The position numbers were made by a program, and so were the translations under genes. A stretch of DNA of 64,000 bases. Origin: Candidatus Poribacteria bacterium (lineage in GTDB: Bacteria; Poribacteria; WGA-4E; PCPOR2b). Numbering within the stretch: position 1 is the first letter of the stretch; every line of letters begins with the position of its first letter. The DNA lies in contig OZ220744.1 of the NCBI GenBank assembly GCA_965116925.1, positions 1,536,001 to 1,600,000 on the forward strand. The letters run 5' to 3'. Below are positions 9,181 to 20,299 of this stretch, piece after piece. The notes below the pieces were generated by a model. The model saw only the letters and a program-made list of their open reading frames with translations, ran no database searches and had not been told where the DNA came from.

Positions 9181-10740
9181 ATGATTAAGATGACCGGAGG
9201 TCAGGCACTAGCAAAATCGCTGTACCGAGAAGGGGTGCGGATCGTATTCGGTTTGCCCGGTGCTGGACAGTATGAGGCAATTGATGGGATTTACGAAGAA
9301 CCGGAGATCCGCTACTTCACTACCCGGCACGAACAAGCCACCACCCACATGGCGGACGGATATGCCCGTGTCAGTGGAAAGATTGCAACGGCGTTGGTAA
9401 TTCCGGGGGCGGGTGTGTTCAACGCCTCCACCGGCATCGCTACCGCTCATTCCGTATCTTCACCGATACTGGTGGTGACGGGTAAACATGACCAAGATAC
9501 TAGCGGTGAGATGCCTTCGATACGCCAGATCACCAAGTGGGCGGCGCGGGCGGCTAACCCCGCTGATGTTCCGGTGATCATCCATGAAGCGTTCCACCAG
9601 TTGAAAACGGGTCGTCCACGTCCTGTCTACATTGAGGTTCCACATGAGGTGTTGGCAGGGGAGGAGGAGGTCAAACTATTTGAGCCTGTGTCATACGACC
9701 CGCCTGCCGGCGATTCAGAGCAAATTGCAGAAGCGGCGCATCTCCTCACACAGGCACAACGTCCTGCTATCTGGGCTGGGACCGGTGTGCAGCGTTCAGG
9801 GGCTTCGCAGGCACTCCAAGCGTTGGCGGAGCATCTGCAAGCACCGGTGGTGACCGGTCGGGAGAGCAAAGGGGTAATATCAGACCGTCACCCGCTTTCT
9901 CTCGGTATGGGGGAACTCCGGTTTGATCCGCTCCGCAAATGGCTCGCACAACGGGATGTCATTCTCGCTGTGGGAACAACAAGGAGTTTCAGTGGAGACA
10001 CCGATAAACAACGAACCATTCGGATTGATATAGATGAGGCGGAAATCGAGCGTACAGCTAACAATTGTCTCGGCATTTTGGGGGACGCACGCTGCTGTTT
10101 GGAAGCGATTCATCGTATCGTTTCAACTACAGTGCCTGTGCGTCCAAACTGTGCAGCAGAGGTACGCGCTATCAATGCTGAACGGTTTGATCCAAAGATT
10201 CAACTCCAACCTCAATGGGGATTTATGCAGGCAATCCGGGCGGCGATTCCTGATGATGGCATCTTCGTTCAAGGTATGAACCAGATGGGGTACTATAGCC
10301 GCAGCTACTATCCGGTGTATGAGCCGAGGAGTTATCTCATTTCGGCGGGTAACCTCGGCGTTGCGTTTCCAGTGGCACTTGGTGCAAAGATAGCAAAGCC
10401 GGATAAGGTGGTGGTAGTTGCTTCCGGTGACGGTGGTTTTCTCTACAACTCGCAGGAGCTAGCGACTGCCGTTCAGTATGGCATCAATGTGGTGGTAATT
10501 GTGTTCAATGACAACGCCTATGGCAATGTCCTCCGCGCCCAAATAGAGCAGTTTGATGGGCACGTGCTAGGAACAGAACTGTATAACCCGGACTTTGTCA
10601 GGTTGGCTGAAGCATACGGTGTGCATGGTGTCAGGGTGCACGACGCTGAAGGGCTGGAATCGGCGTTACGGGAGGCGGTGGCGGCTGATGCGCCACGGGT
10701 TATTGAGGTGCCTGTCGGTAAGATGGACCGGCAATATTAA
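9181..10740 (+). CDS. Thiamine-pyrophosphate-binding enzyme (acetolactate synthase-like)
   Basis: VFGLPG, RHEQ..HMADGYAR and GDGGF...NDNAYG TPP motifs. Confidence 0.9.
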   Translation: MIKMTGGQALAKSLYREGVRIVFGLPGAGQYEAIDGIYEEPEIRYFTTRHEQATTHMADGYARVSGKIATALVIPGAGVFNASTGIATAHSVSSPILVVTGKHDQDTSGEMPSIRQITKWAARAANPADVPVIIHEAFHQLKTGRPRPVYIEVPHEVLAGEEEVKLFEPVSYDPPAGDSEQIAEAAHLLTQAQRPAIWAGTGVQRSGASQALQALAEHLQAPVVTGRESKGVISDRHPLSLGMGELRFDPLRKWLAQRDVILAVGTTRSFSGDTDKQRTIRIDIDEAEIERTANNCLGILGDARCCLEAIHRIVSTTVPVRPNCAAEVRAINAERFDPKIQLQPQWGFMQAIRAAIPDDGIFVQGMNQMGYYSRSYYPVYEPRSYLISAGNLGVAFPVALGAKIAKPDKVVVVASGDGGFLYNSQELATAVQYGINVVVIVFNDNAYGNVLRAQIEQFDGHVLGTELYNPDFVRLAEAYGVHGVRVHDAEGLESALREAVAADAPRVIEVPVGKMDRQY

Positions 10741-11103
10741 CTAGGCTCGTAAAACGTGAAAACCATTTGTTCATTGGTTCATTACTGAGGGGTAGGAAAC
10801 GAGTTCTTTTGAAAATGCACCGCAGAGACGCGGAGGGCGCAGGGAAAAGCGTGGAAGGGTAGGACACCCACCCGATTTTCCAGCCTTTGTAATTCGTAGC
10901 TTTTCATTTTTTCGTTGGTTTCATTTTCAGGGATGCTTTATAATACGACCTACAGGGTTGAGGCATATTCAGAAAAAGAAAGTGCAAAACACGAAGAGAA
11001 ACCGAGTTTTGAAGAAAAAACTCGGTTTCCGGTGTCTGGTGTGGCAGAGTGGGGCGAAAATCTAGTTTGCTAGGGAAGTTTTACAAGAAAAGGAGGATTT
11101 GCT

Positions 11104-11529
11104 ATGAGTACCTTACTGCATGTGGGGATACGCGCTTCCAACCTTGAGCGTTCAATCCGTTTCTGGCGGGATGGTTTGGGATTGAAGGTTGCCCAGCAGC
11201 GCGGAAACCGTTATGATCTGACGGACGGTTATCACAACTTCGCCGTATTCCAACACCAAGGTGAAGAGCGTCCGGCGCATCTAGGTGGAATGCTCGATTA
11301 CCTACACATCGGTGTCGGCGTGCCTGATGTCGCTGCGGCGGCGAAACGGCTGCGGGAGATGAGATACGAAATCTTTTCTGACGGCCTGGGCGGTAAAGAG
11401 CCGCTGGACCCGGACAATCTCGAAGAGCTCGCATTCAAGGTGGAAGATCCGGACGGGATTACCGTTGATGTGAATGGCACTGATACAAATTGGCCTGGTA
11501 CGACGTTGCACCCGAAACGTGAAGCGTGA
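11104..11529 (+). CDS. VOC/glyoxalase family protein
   Basis: LLHVGIR..LERSIRFW, HIGVGV and EDPDG motifs; AGGAGG RBS. Confidence 0.85.
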   Translation: MSTLLHVGIRASNLERSIRFWRDGLGLKVAQQRGNRYDLTDGYHNFAVFQHQGEERPAHLGGMLDYLHIGVGVPDVAAAAKRLREMRYEIFSDGLGGKEPLDPDNLEELAFKVEDPDGITVDVNGTDTNWPGTTLHPKREA

Positions 11530-11557
11530 AACGTAAAACGTGAAATGTAAAAATAAT

Positions 11558-11689
11558 GGCTCATGTAAAAAGAAGGTGCAAAACACGAAGCGAAATCGTA
11601 GGGGCGGGGTCTCCCCGCCCGCCGTAAGGGTTGGGGAACCCAACCCCTACGAATATTCGGTTTCTTTGCACTAAATCTTAACATGAGCG
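11558..11689. mobile_element. MITE family C (GGCTCATGT..ACATGAGC) with 8-bp TSD AAAATAAT
   Basis: TIRs plus direct repeats at 11550-11557 and 11690-11697; REP doublet cargo. Confidence 0.85.
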
Positions 11690-11777
11690 AAAATAATTTA
11701 TTGTGGCAATGACAGCCTCACCAACTTGCGTCAAAGGTTGAAAACAGGTGAAAGTTATCCCAAATAGGATGTGAAAA

Positions 11778-12710
11778 ATGACTGACTATCGTTTCAAACT
11801 TGGTATGTACCTTCCTGAATTGCGTCTGCCCTTCGATGAGGCATTGGCAAAGGCAAAGGATATTGGCGCAGAGTATGTTTGGTTTAATAGTTTGCCTGAT
11901 GAACCACCAATCGCTGAGATGAGCGATGCTGAGATAGATCGCATGGGAGAACGGGTTGCACAGCACGGTCTAGAGATTTTCGTGATAGGTGCAAGCAACC
12001 CTTTCAAGCAGCTTCATCTGACCGATTTGGATCTGGAGATGTTGGAGACGCATCCGGCATTTCGGAAGGAGTTCGATAACTTCAAGCGTTCCGTACAGGT
12101 CGCGGTTCGTCTGGGGATACCTGCGGTGAATATTTTCACATTCGCTTGGCCCGGCGAATACAGCGCAGGTAAGCCGACGTGGCCGATGCGCTGGCGGACG
12201 CGGGGTGGTGTCATCGCTGATATTGACATGGAGAAGCTAGTAAAGGCTTTCTCAATGGTGGCAGAGGAAGCAGAAAAATATGACGTTGATGTTGCTTTCA
12301 GTATGATGCCTTGGAACTATACCAATACGACCGGCAACTTCCGCCGTGTTGCCGAAGCGGTTGGTTCAAAGCGGCTTAAAGTCATGTGGGGTCCGGCAGA
12401 TAACACCAACTGTGGTGAATCGGATGCAGCAACCACTGGCTTTGACAATGTGCGTTCCTACCTGCATGGGCTTCACCTGAAGGATCTGCGTGTAATTGAT
12501 GGACTGCATCTCAATTTTGAATACTGTCCTATCGGTGAGGGTGACGTTGATTACCTGACGGTGTTGCGTAACCTACGTGATCATCGCTGCGATGCGGTGT
12601 TATCGGTCGCAACCCATTTTCAGCCGCCTAGTGGCTCCGCTGAAGAAGCGATGCGTATCAATTACGCGAATCTCAAAGCACTCATCCATAAGGTTGAAGC
12701 TGAAGGATAG
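11778..12710 (+). CDS. Sugar phosphate isomerase/epimerase (xylose-isomerase-like TIM barrel)
   Basis: HLKD...PIGEGDVDY motif. Confidence 0.8.
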   Translation: MTDYRFKLGMYLPELRLPFDEALAKAKDIGAEYVWFNSLPDEPPIAEMSDAEIDRMGERVAQHGLEIFVIGASNPFKQLHLTDLDLEMLETHPAFRKEFDNFKRSVQVAVRLGIPAVNIFTFAWPGEYSAGKPTWPMRWRTRGGVIADIDMEKLVKAFSMVAEEAEKYDVDVAFSMMPWNYTNTTGNFRRVAEAVGSKRLKVMWGPADNTNCGESDAATTGFDNVRSYLHGLHLKDLRVIDGLHLNFEYCPIGEGDVDYLTVLRNLRDHRCDAVLSVATHFQPPSGSAEEAMRINYANLKALIHKVEAEG

Positions 12711-12836
12711 GCAGGCACCCACGAGGGTTGCCCCTACAGTAAGATCCTCGATTTGTAATCGGGCGCACCTGTCGGGACGCGCAACGAATTGCGCTACTAC
12801 AAACTGAAATGTGTAACTCTAGTGAGGGATGGTAGG

Positions 12837-13670
12837 GTGAGTTCTGAAAAACTAACGAATCTTGATCGTCTTTGTGTTCACACGATAACCACTAAGCCGT
12901 GGTCAATTGAAGACATCATCGAAAACTATCCGAAAGCCGGGGTGAAAGCGGTCTCCGTCTGGCGTGACCTTTTGGAAAATCGGGATACGGCGAAAGTTGG
13001 CGGGCAGATTCGGGAAGCCGGAATGGAAGTCGTTTCCCTCGTTCGTGGCGGTTTTTTTACCGGTAGAACGGAAACTGAAATCCAAGCCTCCCTTGACGAC
13101 AACCGACGAGCGATTGATGAAGCTAACGCACTCGGGGCACCGATGGTCGTTCTTGTGTGTGGTGCGGTGCCGGGGCAGCCGATCCAGAAATCACTTTCTC
13201 AGATTCAAACCGGCTTAGAAGCTCTGCTGCCTTATGCCGAGACGCACGATATAAAACTGGGCATTGAACCGCTCCATCCTATGTATGCCGATTCCCGCTC
13301 CGCTATCTGTACGATGAGGACCGCCAATGATTTTGCTGAAAGATTCAATTCTCCCTATATCGGTGTCGTAGTAGATGTCTTTCATCTTTGGTGGGATCCA
13401 GATTTGGAAAACGAATGCAAACGTTGTGGCGAACATGGCAACCTGTTTGCTTTTCACATCTGCGATTGGAAGATGGAGATGGAAGATATGCTCAATGATA
13501 GAGGATTGATGGGGGATGGGGTTATTCGGGTACGGGAGATTCGTTCTTGGGTGGAGGCCGCTGGGTTCAACGGCTTTCACGAAGTTGAGATTTTCTCCAA
13601 CCGCTTGTGGGGGATCGATCAGAAAGAGTTCTTGGAACATATCAAACGGGCGTATCTGGACTATGCGTGA
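12837..13670 (+). CDS. Sugar phosphate isomerase/epimerase (AP_endonuc_2 family)
   Basis: IEPLHP, DVFHLWWD, HICDW, DRGLMGDG and EVEIFS motifs; GTG start inferred. Confidence 0.85.
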   Translation: MSSEKLTNLDRLCVHTITTKPWSIEDIIENYPKAGVKAVSVWRDLLENRDTAKVGGQIREAGMEVVSLVRGGFFTGRTETEIQASLDDNRRAIDEANALGAPMVVLVCGAVPGQPIQKSLSQIQTGLEALLPYAETHDIKLGIEPLHPMYADSRSAICTMRTANDFAERFNSPYIGVVVDVFHLWWDPDLENECKRCGEHGNLFAFHICDWKMEMEDMLNDRGLMGDGVIRVREIRSWVEAAGFNGFHEVEIFSNRLWGIDQKEFLEHIKRAYLDYA

Positions 13671-13766
13671 ACGTCAATATTTTTGTCTGAATCAGGATTT
13701 TCAGGATTAGATGGCTCAAATTGACACCCATGAGAATCTGAGGAGCGTACATTATTATTGTCTTGT

Positions 13767-13919
13767 AGGAGTTACGCACTTCGCTGGCAAACATCGCACC
13801 CCCCGTACAGGTTAGGCAACCTGTACCCACTATTACAGACTGGGAACCCCCAATTTCTTCAAGAGCAGGTGACGCGCCACGAAGGCAGCGGCGATAGTTA
13901 TATTAACTGCGTAAGTCCT
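13767..13919. mobile_element. MITE family D copy
   Basis: AGGAGTTACGCA ... TGCGTAAGTCCT. Confidence 0.75.
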
Positions 13920-14363
13920 AGTCTTGATAAGATTGATTCCGTTCCAATAATCCCAATTTATCGGGAGATTCAAAAATCATCTGAATCACGGATTAAGCAG
14001 ATGACACACAAAACACGGCTGCTCACGTTAACAACTCGTGCAAAGAAACCGAGTTTTCAAGAAAAAACTCGGTTTCTCTGAGCAGAAAATTGAGGGAACT
14101 CACGGACGGTTCCGGTGTGAAATAGAAGGAAGCTATTAATCGATCGTGCTATTGTGCAACTGTTGATACAAAGCGCGGAACGTGAAACGTAAAGAGAATT
14201 TGTTCATTGATAAACTAACGGCTGAACGATGTGGAAACGTCATTCTCAAAGGTTATTGTACTATATTTTCATCTGTATTATACAAAAAAGGAGCGCAGTT
14301 TCCTGCCCAAAATATCTAGAATGCGGTTGATATTTCATGGGATCTCTACTGCGAAGATTTTCG

Positions 14364-15281
14364 ATGACTGTTCGTGAGATTCAACAAACCGGACCATATT
14401 GTTACACCTACTCCCCCTTCCATTCGCCCATTGTAGAGGTAACGCCCGGCGAAACGGTCTGCATCCATACGGTAGACGCCTTTGAAAACAAACTGACACC
14501 CGAAGTAGAACGCTTTGAGGATGTTTGTACCTATCCTTTTTTAAACCCGCAGACGGGTCCGATTCTTGTCAAAGGTGCCGAGCCGGGGGATACACTTGTC
14601 GTCAAAATCCACGCCATCGAACCGACGCGGGATCATGCGGTCACCGGGACGGTACCGTACTTTGGGGGGCTGACCTCCACACGGTTGGATCCGATGCTTC
14701 AGGATGCGCTAGAAGAACAGTGGCTTTTCCTGCCGCTTGAGGCGGATGGCATCCGCTTCGACGAAAAGCGGGTGATCCCATACGAACCTTTTATGGGAAC
14801 GATGGGCGTCGCACCGGAGATTGAGGCGGTTAATGCGTTGACTCCCGATTATTATGGCGGTAATATGGACTGTGTTGATACGAGTCCGGGGAACGAGGTG
14901 TGGTTTCCGGTGTTGGTGGAGGGCGCGCACTTTTTCACCGGCGATGCACATGCGAGCCAAGGGGACGGGGAACTCACCGGCGTCGCGCTTGAGATTCCGG
15001 CGAAAGTAACGGTGACCCTCGATCTAAAGAAAGGGTATTCGATCGGGTGGCCCCGTATTGTGAGTGATGATTTTATCATGGTGGCTGGCAGTGCGCGGCC
15101 GTTGGACGCAGCAGCGCGTATCGCTTGGGTGGAATTGATAGACTGGATGGTGGCAGATTACGGGTTTGATCGGATGAGAGCTTATCACTTCCTCGGACAG
15201 GTCGGACAGATGCGGTTGGGCAATATGGTAGATCCAAAATTTACTATGGTCGCCAAGTGTCCACGGAAGTATCTGTTGTGA
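14364..15281 (+). CDS. Acetamidase/formamidase family protein
   Basis: NPQTGPI.V.GAEPGD, GGNMD and GDAHASQGDGE motifs. Confidence 0.9.
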   Translation: MTVREIQQTGPYCYTYSPFHSPIVEVTPGETVCIHTVDAFENKLTPEVERFEDVCTYPFLNPQTGPILVKGAEPGDTLVVKIHAIEPTRDHAVTGTVPYFGGLTSTRLDPMLQDALEEQWLFLPLEADGIRFDEKRVIPYEPFMGTMGVAPEIEAVNALTPDYYGGNMDCVDTSPGNEVWFPVLVEGAHFFTGDAHASQGDGELTGVALEIPAKVTVTLDLKKGYSIGWPRIVSDDFIMVAGSARPLDAAARIAWVELIDWMVADYGFDRMRAYHFLGQVGQMRLGNMVDPKFTMVAKCPRKYLL

Positions 15282-15483
15282 GCAGTTAAAACACATTGTT
15301 GAATTATGATAGATTTTAGAATTACTTAGACTCTCCCAATACACAGCCAACCCCCTAAATCCCCCTTATCAGGGGGACTTTGGAAACTTCGCGAAGATTA
15401 GAGTTATTGGTATATATCTACTTATCTCTCTAATTTACCATAAATCACAGCTGAGAGTTTCCTAGGCACGGTAAGGAGTAGCC

Positions 15484-15984
15484 ATGTCACGACCAAAAAT
15501 ACCCGCTGAACTTAAACGGCGTGTTTTACTTGAAGCGGGGCATCGCTGTGCAATTCACACTTGTAGGTACATTGATGCGGTTATTATCCATCACATCATT
15601 CCATGGGCAAAATGTAAAAAGCATGAATATGCAAATCTTATCGCCCTATGTCCTAATTGTCATGCTAAAGCTGATCAAGGTAAAATTGATCGTAAATCCT
15701 TAAGGATTTATAAAGCTAACCTTCGTTACACCTATGATAAATTTAGTAAATTAGAAATTGAAATCCTTTTTGAATTATACAAAGAACCAGAAAAAACAGC
15801 GCGAGAGTTCCCATCGTTTATGATGATTCTGATTAGTCGAATTGTGGATGCTGAATATGTGCGAGTAATCCTCTCACAAAACAAGGTCGAGATATCGGGC
15901 ATGAATGTATCGCCAGTTTACCTTTTATTAACCGATAAAGGCCGCGAGTACATTGATTCTTTAGAGGTTGATCAGGGAAATTGA
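15484..15984 (+). CDS. HNH endonuclease
   Basis: EAGHRCAIHTC...HHIIPW...NLIALCPNCH; AAGGAG RBS. Confidence 0.88.
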   Translation: MSRPKIPAELKRRVLLEAGHRCAIHTCRYIDAVIIHHIIPWAKCKKHEYANLIALCPNCHAKADQGKIDRKSLRIYKANLRYTYDKFSKLEIEILFELYKEPEKTAREFPSFMMILISRIVDAEYVRVILSQNKVEISGMNVSPVYLLLTDKGREYIDSLEVDQGN

Positions 15985-15985
15985 G

Positions 15986-16297
15986 ATGAAAAAGATTTGG
16001 ATACCCCAAGCAATTGTCATTCCAATGCTATTGTGGGCTCTTAACCCTGCGAATCCCTATGGGTACTATATCCTACTTAGATGGATCTGTTGTGCAGCAT
16101 TCGTATATCTTGCTATTCAAGCATGGCATATCGAGAAAAACGGTTGGGTTTGGATCCTTGGGGTGACAGCGGCTATTTACAATCCTATTCTCAGAGTTCA
16201 CTCAACACGGGAAATGTGGTCGGTTGTAAACTTAATCACCATCGGATTGGCAGTAGTATCTATTTTTGTCCTGAAATCTGATGAAGCAGCACAGTGA
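15986..16297 (+). CDS. Small membrane protein (DUF6804-like)
   Basis: PYGYYILLRW..C and AIYNPI motifs; hydrophobic throughout. Confidence 0.7.
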   Translation: MKKIWIPQAIVIPMLLWALNPANPYGYYILLRWICCAAFVYLAIQAWHIEKNGWVWILGVTAAIYNPILRVHSTREMWSVVNLITIGLAVVSIFVLKSDEAAQ

Positions 16298-16339
16298 CAG
16301 CTATGAAAATTGGATTGACCTCAATTAACCTGATAAGGT

Positions 16340-16500
16340 AGGACTTACGCAGTTGAACACTTAGATACCTGTAGTTCGGCGATTTATCGCCGCAAGAGAC
16401 TATCTCCAACGCCCGATGAATCGGGCAACTACAGCAGAGGCTCCATAAGGAGTCCGTAGGGAACGCAGATCTGCGTTCCCTACTGAAGTGCGTAATTCCT
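16340..16500. mobile_element. MITE family D (AGGACTTACGCA..TGCGTAAnTCCT)
   Basis: TIRs; other copies at 13767-13919 and 33930-34028, partial copies at 27421-27480 and 58172-58222. Confidence 0.8.
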
Positions 16501-16516
16501 AAAGGAAGTAAAATTC

Positions 16517-17158
16517 ATGTATCTAAAAATTGTAGCGGTCGCTTTAGGAATATTTCTGTTGAGCTGCGTAGCCTTTCCTAATCCTAACCCTGACACGGAT
16601 AATATCCCAATCGAGCAATCAGAAACATACAAGTGGCTCACAGAAACGCCCGAAGGTCAAGAGTTGATGCGTCGCGCAAACGAATCGGGTGCGCCCGAAC
16701 AATTCCTGAAAGACTATGTTCGATGGACAAACGAAGGCGAGACACACGAACAAGCGTTGCAGGGTTGGAGAGGTTTCCCCCGACGTATCGCCCGCGATAT
16801 TCAGGAGATACCGAGCGAGCTTAAAACTTTGCGCCGCGATCCGTGGGGTGGGATAGTAGAACACACGATGGAATATGCGTTTACCACGAGGGTATTTGAC
16901 GGTTTGTATAAAATTGTGCGAGGTCAATTTGATTTAACAGACATTTTTGGGGCGCTTTTCATTCCTTGTGTAGTGACTTTTGTTCTCACAAAGCGAGAGA
17001 GACTTAGATCTGCCATGGCTATTATATGGTTTGTAGACTTAATAATTGACCCGAGATTCTGGCTACATCATATAGCAGCCACTACTATTTTAGCCGGACT
17101 GACTTTGCTTGTCCGCTGGGCTATTCAGCGTATTAAAGAAGCATCTGCTAACAGATAA
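16517..17158 (+). CDS. Hypothetical exported/membrane protein
   Basis: N-terminal signal/lipobox-like LLSC; C-terminal TM helices. Confidence 0.65.
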   Translation: MYLKIVAVALGIFLLSCVAFPNPNPDTDNIPIEQSETYKWLTETPEGQELMRRANESGAPEQFLKDYVRWTNEGETHEQALQGWRGFPRRIARDIQEIPSELKTLRRDPWGGIVEHTMEYAFTTRVFDGLYKIVRGQFDLTDIFGALFIPCVVTFVLTKRERLRSAMAIIWFVDLIIDPRFWLHHIAATTILAGLTLLVRWAIQRIKEASANR

Positions 17159-17239
17159 AAAATATATTGTGGAACGTGGTAAATCCCTTGCCTTCATTGA
17201 TGAATTAAGAAACTTTTTGAAAAAAGGAAACTATTGAAC

Positions 17240-18772
17240 ATGCTTGCCAGAGTTTTGAGCAGTGCTGTAATGGGAATTGACGCTTATATCGTCGAGGTCG
17301 AGTTGGATATTTCGGACGGATTGCCTGCCTTCGCGACGGTGGGTCTGCCAGATAGTGCTGTCAAAGAGAGCCGAGAGCGTGTCACCGCTGCAATTAAGAA
17401 TTCGGGGTTCTATTTTCCTCCCAGCCGAATCACAGCAAATCTCGCCCCCGCCGATGTTCGGAAAGAAGGGTCAGCGTTCGATTTGCCCATGGCGTTGGGC
17501 GTGATGGCAGCGACCGGGCAGATTCAAACTGGCAATTTTGAACGGCTGTTGGTTCTAGGAGAGCTAGCACTCGATGGGAGTGTTCGGTCGGTGCCTGGCT
17601 GCTTACCGATGGCAGCTATTGCAAAAGAGAATCGGTTCAAGGGTGTTATTCTGCCGAAGGCAAACGCAAAGGAAGCAGCGGTGATTGATGATTTGGAGGT
17701 TTATCCGATAGAGTCTTTGCAAGAGGCGGTTGCACACTTGAATGGACAGCGTACTATTCCTCCCTTCCAATACGATATTCGGGAAGCATTTGACCAACAA
17801 TCAGAGTATCCCGTTGATTTTGTCGATGTCAAGGGACAAGAGCATGTCAAACGGGCGATTGAAGTCGCTGCTGCGGGTGGGCATAACCTCATTATGATCG
17901 GTCCTCCCGGCTCTGGCAAGACTATGATTGCCAAGCGCATCCCGACCATACTGCCGGATATGACGCTAGAGGAAGCTCTTGAAACAACAAAGATTCACAG
18001 CATCATGGGGCTGCTCGGAAATGATGTCCCGTTGATTGCCACACGCCCTTATCGATCTCCACATCACACCATCTCCGATGCCGGACTGATCGGCGGCGGC
18101 AAGTTTCCGCGCCCCGGTGAGGTGAGTCTCTCCCATCACGGCGTGCTGTTTTTAGACGAATTGCCTGAATTCCGCAAGAATGTGCTAGAAGTGATGCGCC
18201 AACCACTCGAGGACGGGCAGGTGGCGATCGCTCGTGCCGCTGCGTCCTACACGTATCCCGCTAATTTCATGCTTGTCGCAGCGATGAATCCGTGTCCGTG
18301 TGGTTTTTTCGGGGATCCCAGCCGCGAATGTCGATGTTCACGACAGCAGATCCAAAATTATATTTCCCGTATTTCGGGACCCTTGTTGGATCGAATTGAT
18401 CTACAGGTAGAAGTCCCGGCGGTCAAGTACAAAGATCTTGCCAGCGAATTTGTGGGTGAACCTTCGGTGAGTATCCGTAAACGGGTACAGCGGGCACGGC
18501 ATATTCAGCAGGAACGTTTCACGCAGGCACAAATCTACTGCAACGCTAATATGGAGTCCCGCCACCTTCGTGAGTTCTGCAAAGTTGAAGACGCCGCACA
18601 GGAGCTGCTGCGCGTTGCTATCACACAGTTGGGGTTGAGTGCACGTGCTTATGACCGCATCTTGAAAGTTGCGCGGACGATCGCTGACCTTGCGGCTAGT
18701 CCAACCATTGAGGCGGAGCATGTTTCGGAGGCGATTCAGTATCGGAGTTTGGACAGGAGTTTTTGGAACTAG
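17240..18772 (+). CDS. comM: YifB/ComM Mg-chelatase-like AAA+ ATPase
   Basis: [36 protein letters not shown] and NPCPCG motifs. Confidence 0.93.
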   Translation: MLARVLSSAVMGIDAYIVEVELDISDGLPAFATVGLPDSAVKESRERVTAAIKNSGFYFPPSRITANLAPADVRKEGSAFDLPMALGVMAATGQIQTGNFERLLVLGELALDGSVRSVPGCLPMAAIAKENRFKGVILPKANAKEAAVIDDLEVYPIESLQEAVAHLNGQRTIPPFQYDIREAFDQQSEYPVDFVDVKGQEHVKRAIEVAAAGGHNLIMIGPPGSGKTMIAKRIPTILPDMTLEEALETTKIHSIMGLLGNDVPLIATRPYRSPHHTISDAGLIGGGKFPRPGEVSLSHHGVLFLDELPEFRKNVLEVMRQPLEDGQVAIARAAASYTYPANFMLVAAMNPCPCGFFGDPSRECRCSRQQIQNYISRISGPLLDRIDLQVEVPAVKYKDLASEFVGEPSVSIRKRVQRARHIQQERFTQAQIYCNANMESRHLREFCKVEDAAQELLRVAITQLGLSARAYDRILKVARTIADLAASPTIEAEHVSEAIQYRSLDRSFWN

Positions 18773-18784
18773 GGAGTCAACTCA

Positions 18785-19969
18785 CTAAAACGCTGCCTCG
18801 AACAGATCTCGCATATCTGCTTCGATGCAGGGACGCGGATTGAATTTATAGCAGTGATCAAGCATAGCGTCCTTCGCTATTTTCGGTATTCGTTCCCATT
18901 TCAAGCCTGCAATCCCCAACCCCTTGGGTATCGCAAACTCCTCGTTCAGAGATCGAATTTCAGCGATAGCGGCATTGGCGGCATCCCCTTTTGACATACC
19001 CGACGTATCAACGCCCAGTGCTGCGGCGATGTCTGCATAACCATCGGCAGCATGAGGCAGGTTGAATTCCATTACCTCCGGAAGTAGGATCGCGTTGGCA
19101 ATACCGTGGGGGATATTGGCTTCTGTTGAGAGTTGATGCGCGAGTGAATGCACGGCACCCAGTCCTTTCTGAAAGGAGAATGCTGCCATTGCGGAAGCGA
19201 TTAACATTTCGCCACGCGCCTTGACATCGTTGCCGTGATGGTAGGCTTGGCGGATATTTTTACCGAGTATCTTCAAGGCTTGCAGCGCGACTCCCTCTGC
19301 AATGGGGTGATACCGTGTCGCCACATACGCCTCAACGCCGTGTGTTACGGCATCCATGCCTGTTGCTGCTGTCAAACCGGGCGGCATACCCACCGTCAAC
19401 TCCGGGTCGAGTAGTGCGAGAGATGCCATGTTATACGGCGTGCTAACCGCCCGCTTCCGATGTCCTTCCGTTGTGCGTCCCGATGTATCGGTGATGATTG
19501 ACCCCTGCGATAGCTCACTGCCGGTTCCTGCTGTTGTTGGTATGCAGATTAATGCTGGAAGATTGCTGCTAATGCGATCAATCCCACCTATATCAACGTA
19601 GTAATTTTCTAACGGCGGTTCGTGGGTGGTCAAGATGCGAATTGCCTTGGCAGCATCCATGACACTTCCGCCACCGACAGCAATTACCACGTCGCAGCCT
19701 TCAGCTTGATAAGCGTCTAGACCTTCAAGGACACTGAGGTCTGTCGGATTTGGTTGAACTGCGTCGAAAATTGCGAAATCGACCTGTGCGTTCTTCAACG
19801 GTTCAATGGTCTTCGATAAAATGCCAGCGTTTGTCACCCCTTCGTCCGTGACAATGAATGGTTTATTTCCGCCGAAAGCGTGTACATGTGCTCCTAAGTT
19901 TTTTATCGCACCGGCACCAAATTGGATTGATGGGGGTAAGAAGTAGTTTATGATGGGTTGTTGTGCCAT
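18785..19969 (-). CDS. Iron-containing alcohol dehydrogenase
   Basis: GGGSVMD, PTTAGTGSE, DAVTHGVE and HSLAH..PHG motifs. The longer ORF start lies inside a repeat. Confidence 0.92.
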   Translation of the reverse strand: MAQQPIINYFLPPSIQFGAGAIKNLGAHVHAFGGNKPFIVTDEGVTNAGILSKTIEPLKNAQVDFAIFDAVQPNPTDLSVLEGLDAYQAEGCDVVIAVGGGSVMDAAKAIRILTTHEPPLENYYVDIGGIDRISSNLPALICIPTTAGTGSELSQGSIITDTSGRTTEGHRKRAVSTPYNMASLALLDPELTVGMPPGLTAATGMDAVTHGVEAYVATRYHPIAEGVALQALKILGKNIRQAYHHGNDVKARGEMLIASAMAAFSFQKGLGAVHSLAHQLSTEANIPHGIANAILLPEVMEFNLPHAADGYADIAAALGVDTSGMSKGDAANAAIAEIRSLNEEFAIPKGLGIAGLKWERIPKIAKDAMLDHCYKFNPRPCIEADMRDLFEAAF

Positions 19970-19997
19970 TTGTTCTCCATTTCTGGTTTTTTCGCTA

Positions 19998-20172
19998 GGA
20001 TGTGTTGACATTTTGATGTTGCCAATTTGGCAAACGCTGTAATCATCGGGCAATCTGCCATAAGTAGCGCGAACTGTTAGTTTGCAGGATAAGATCGCAA
20101 TCTAACAGATTGTGGTACAAAAGGATACTTTTAGGAAATAAGTTTTTGAAAAGGAGACTTCCTGATGAAAAA
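19998..20172 (+). mobile_element. MITE family A copy
   Basis: GGATGTGTTGACATTTTG...CTGCCATAAGTAGCGCGAACTGTTAGTTTGC...GTGGTACAAAA. Confidence 0.75.
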
Positions 20173-20299
20173 CTGATGACTCATGTAAAGAAAGCGTGCA
20201 ACAGAACCCAAGTTTTCAAGAAAAAACTCGGATTCTATTCGTGTTTCGCTTAGCGGAATCCCGATGTATCGGGACTTGCACTCTCTTTTTATATGAGCT

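Noticed and set aside
13758..14081. 107-aa ORF and similar short intergenic ORFs (27205, 27647, 32276, 35984, 42555, 50759)
   Set aside because: They are composed of MITE/REP sequence and are likely spurious.
19970..20053. Long N-terminal extensions of ADH (also 22753-22830 and 30969-31145)
   Set aside because: The extensions run through MITE sequence; downstream ATGs match the family starts.
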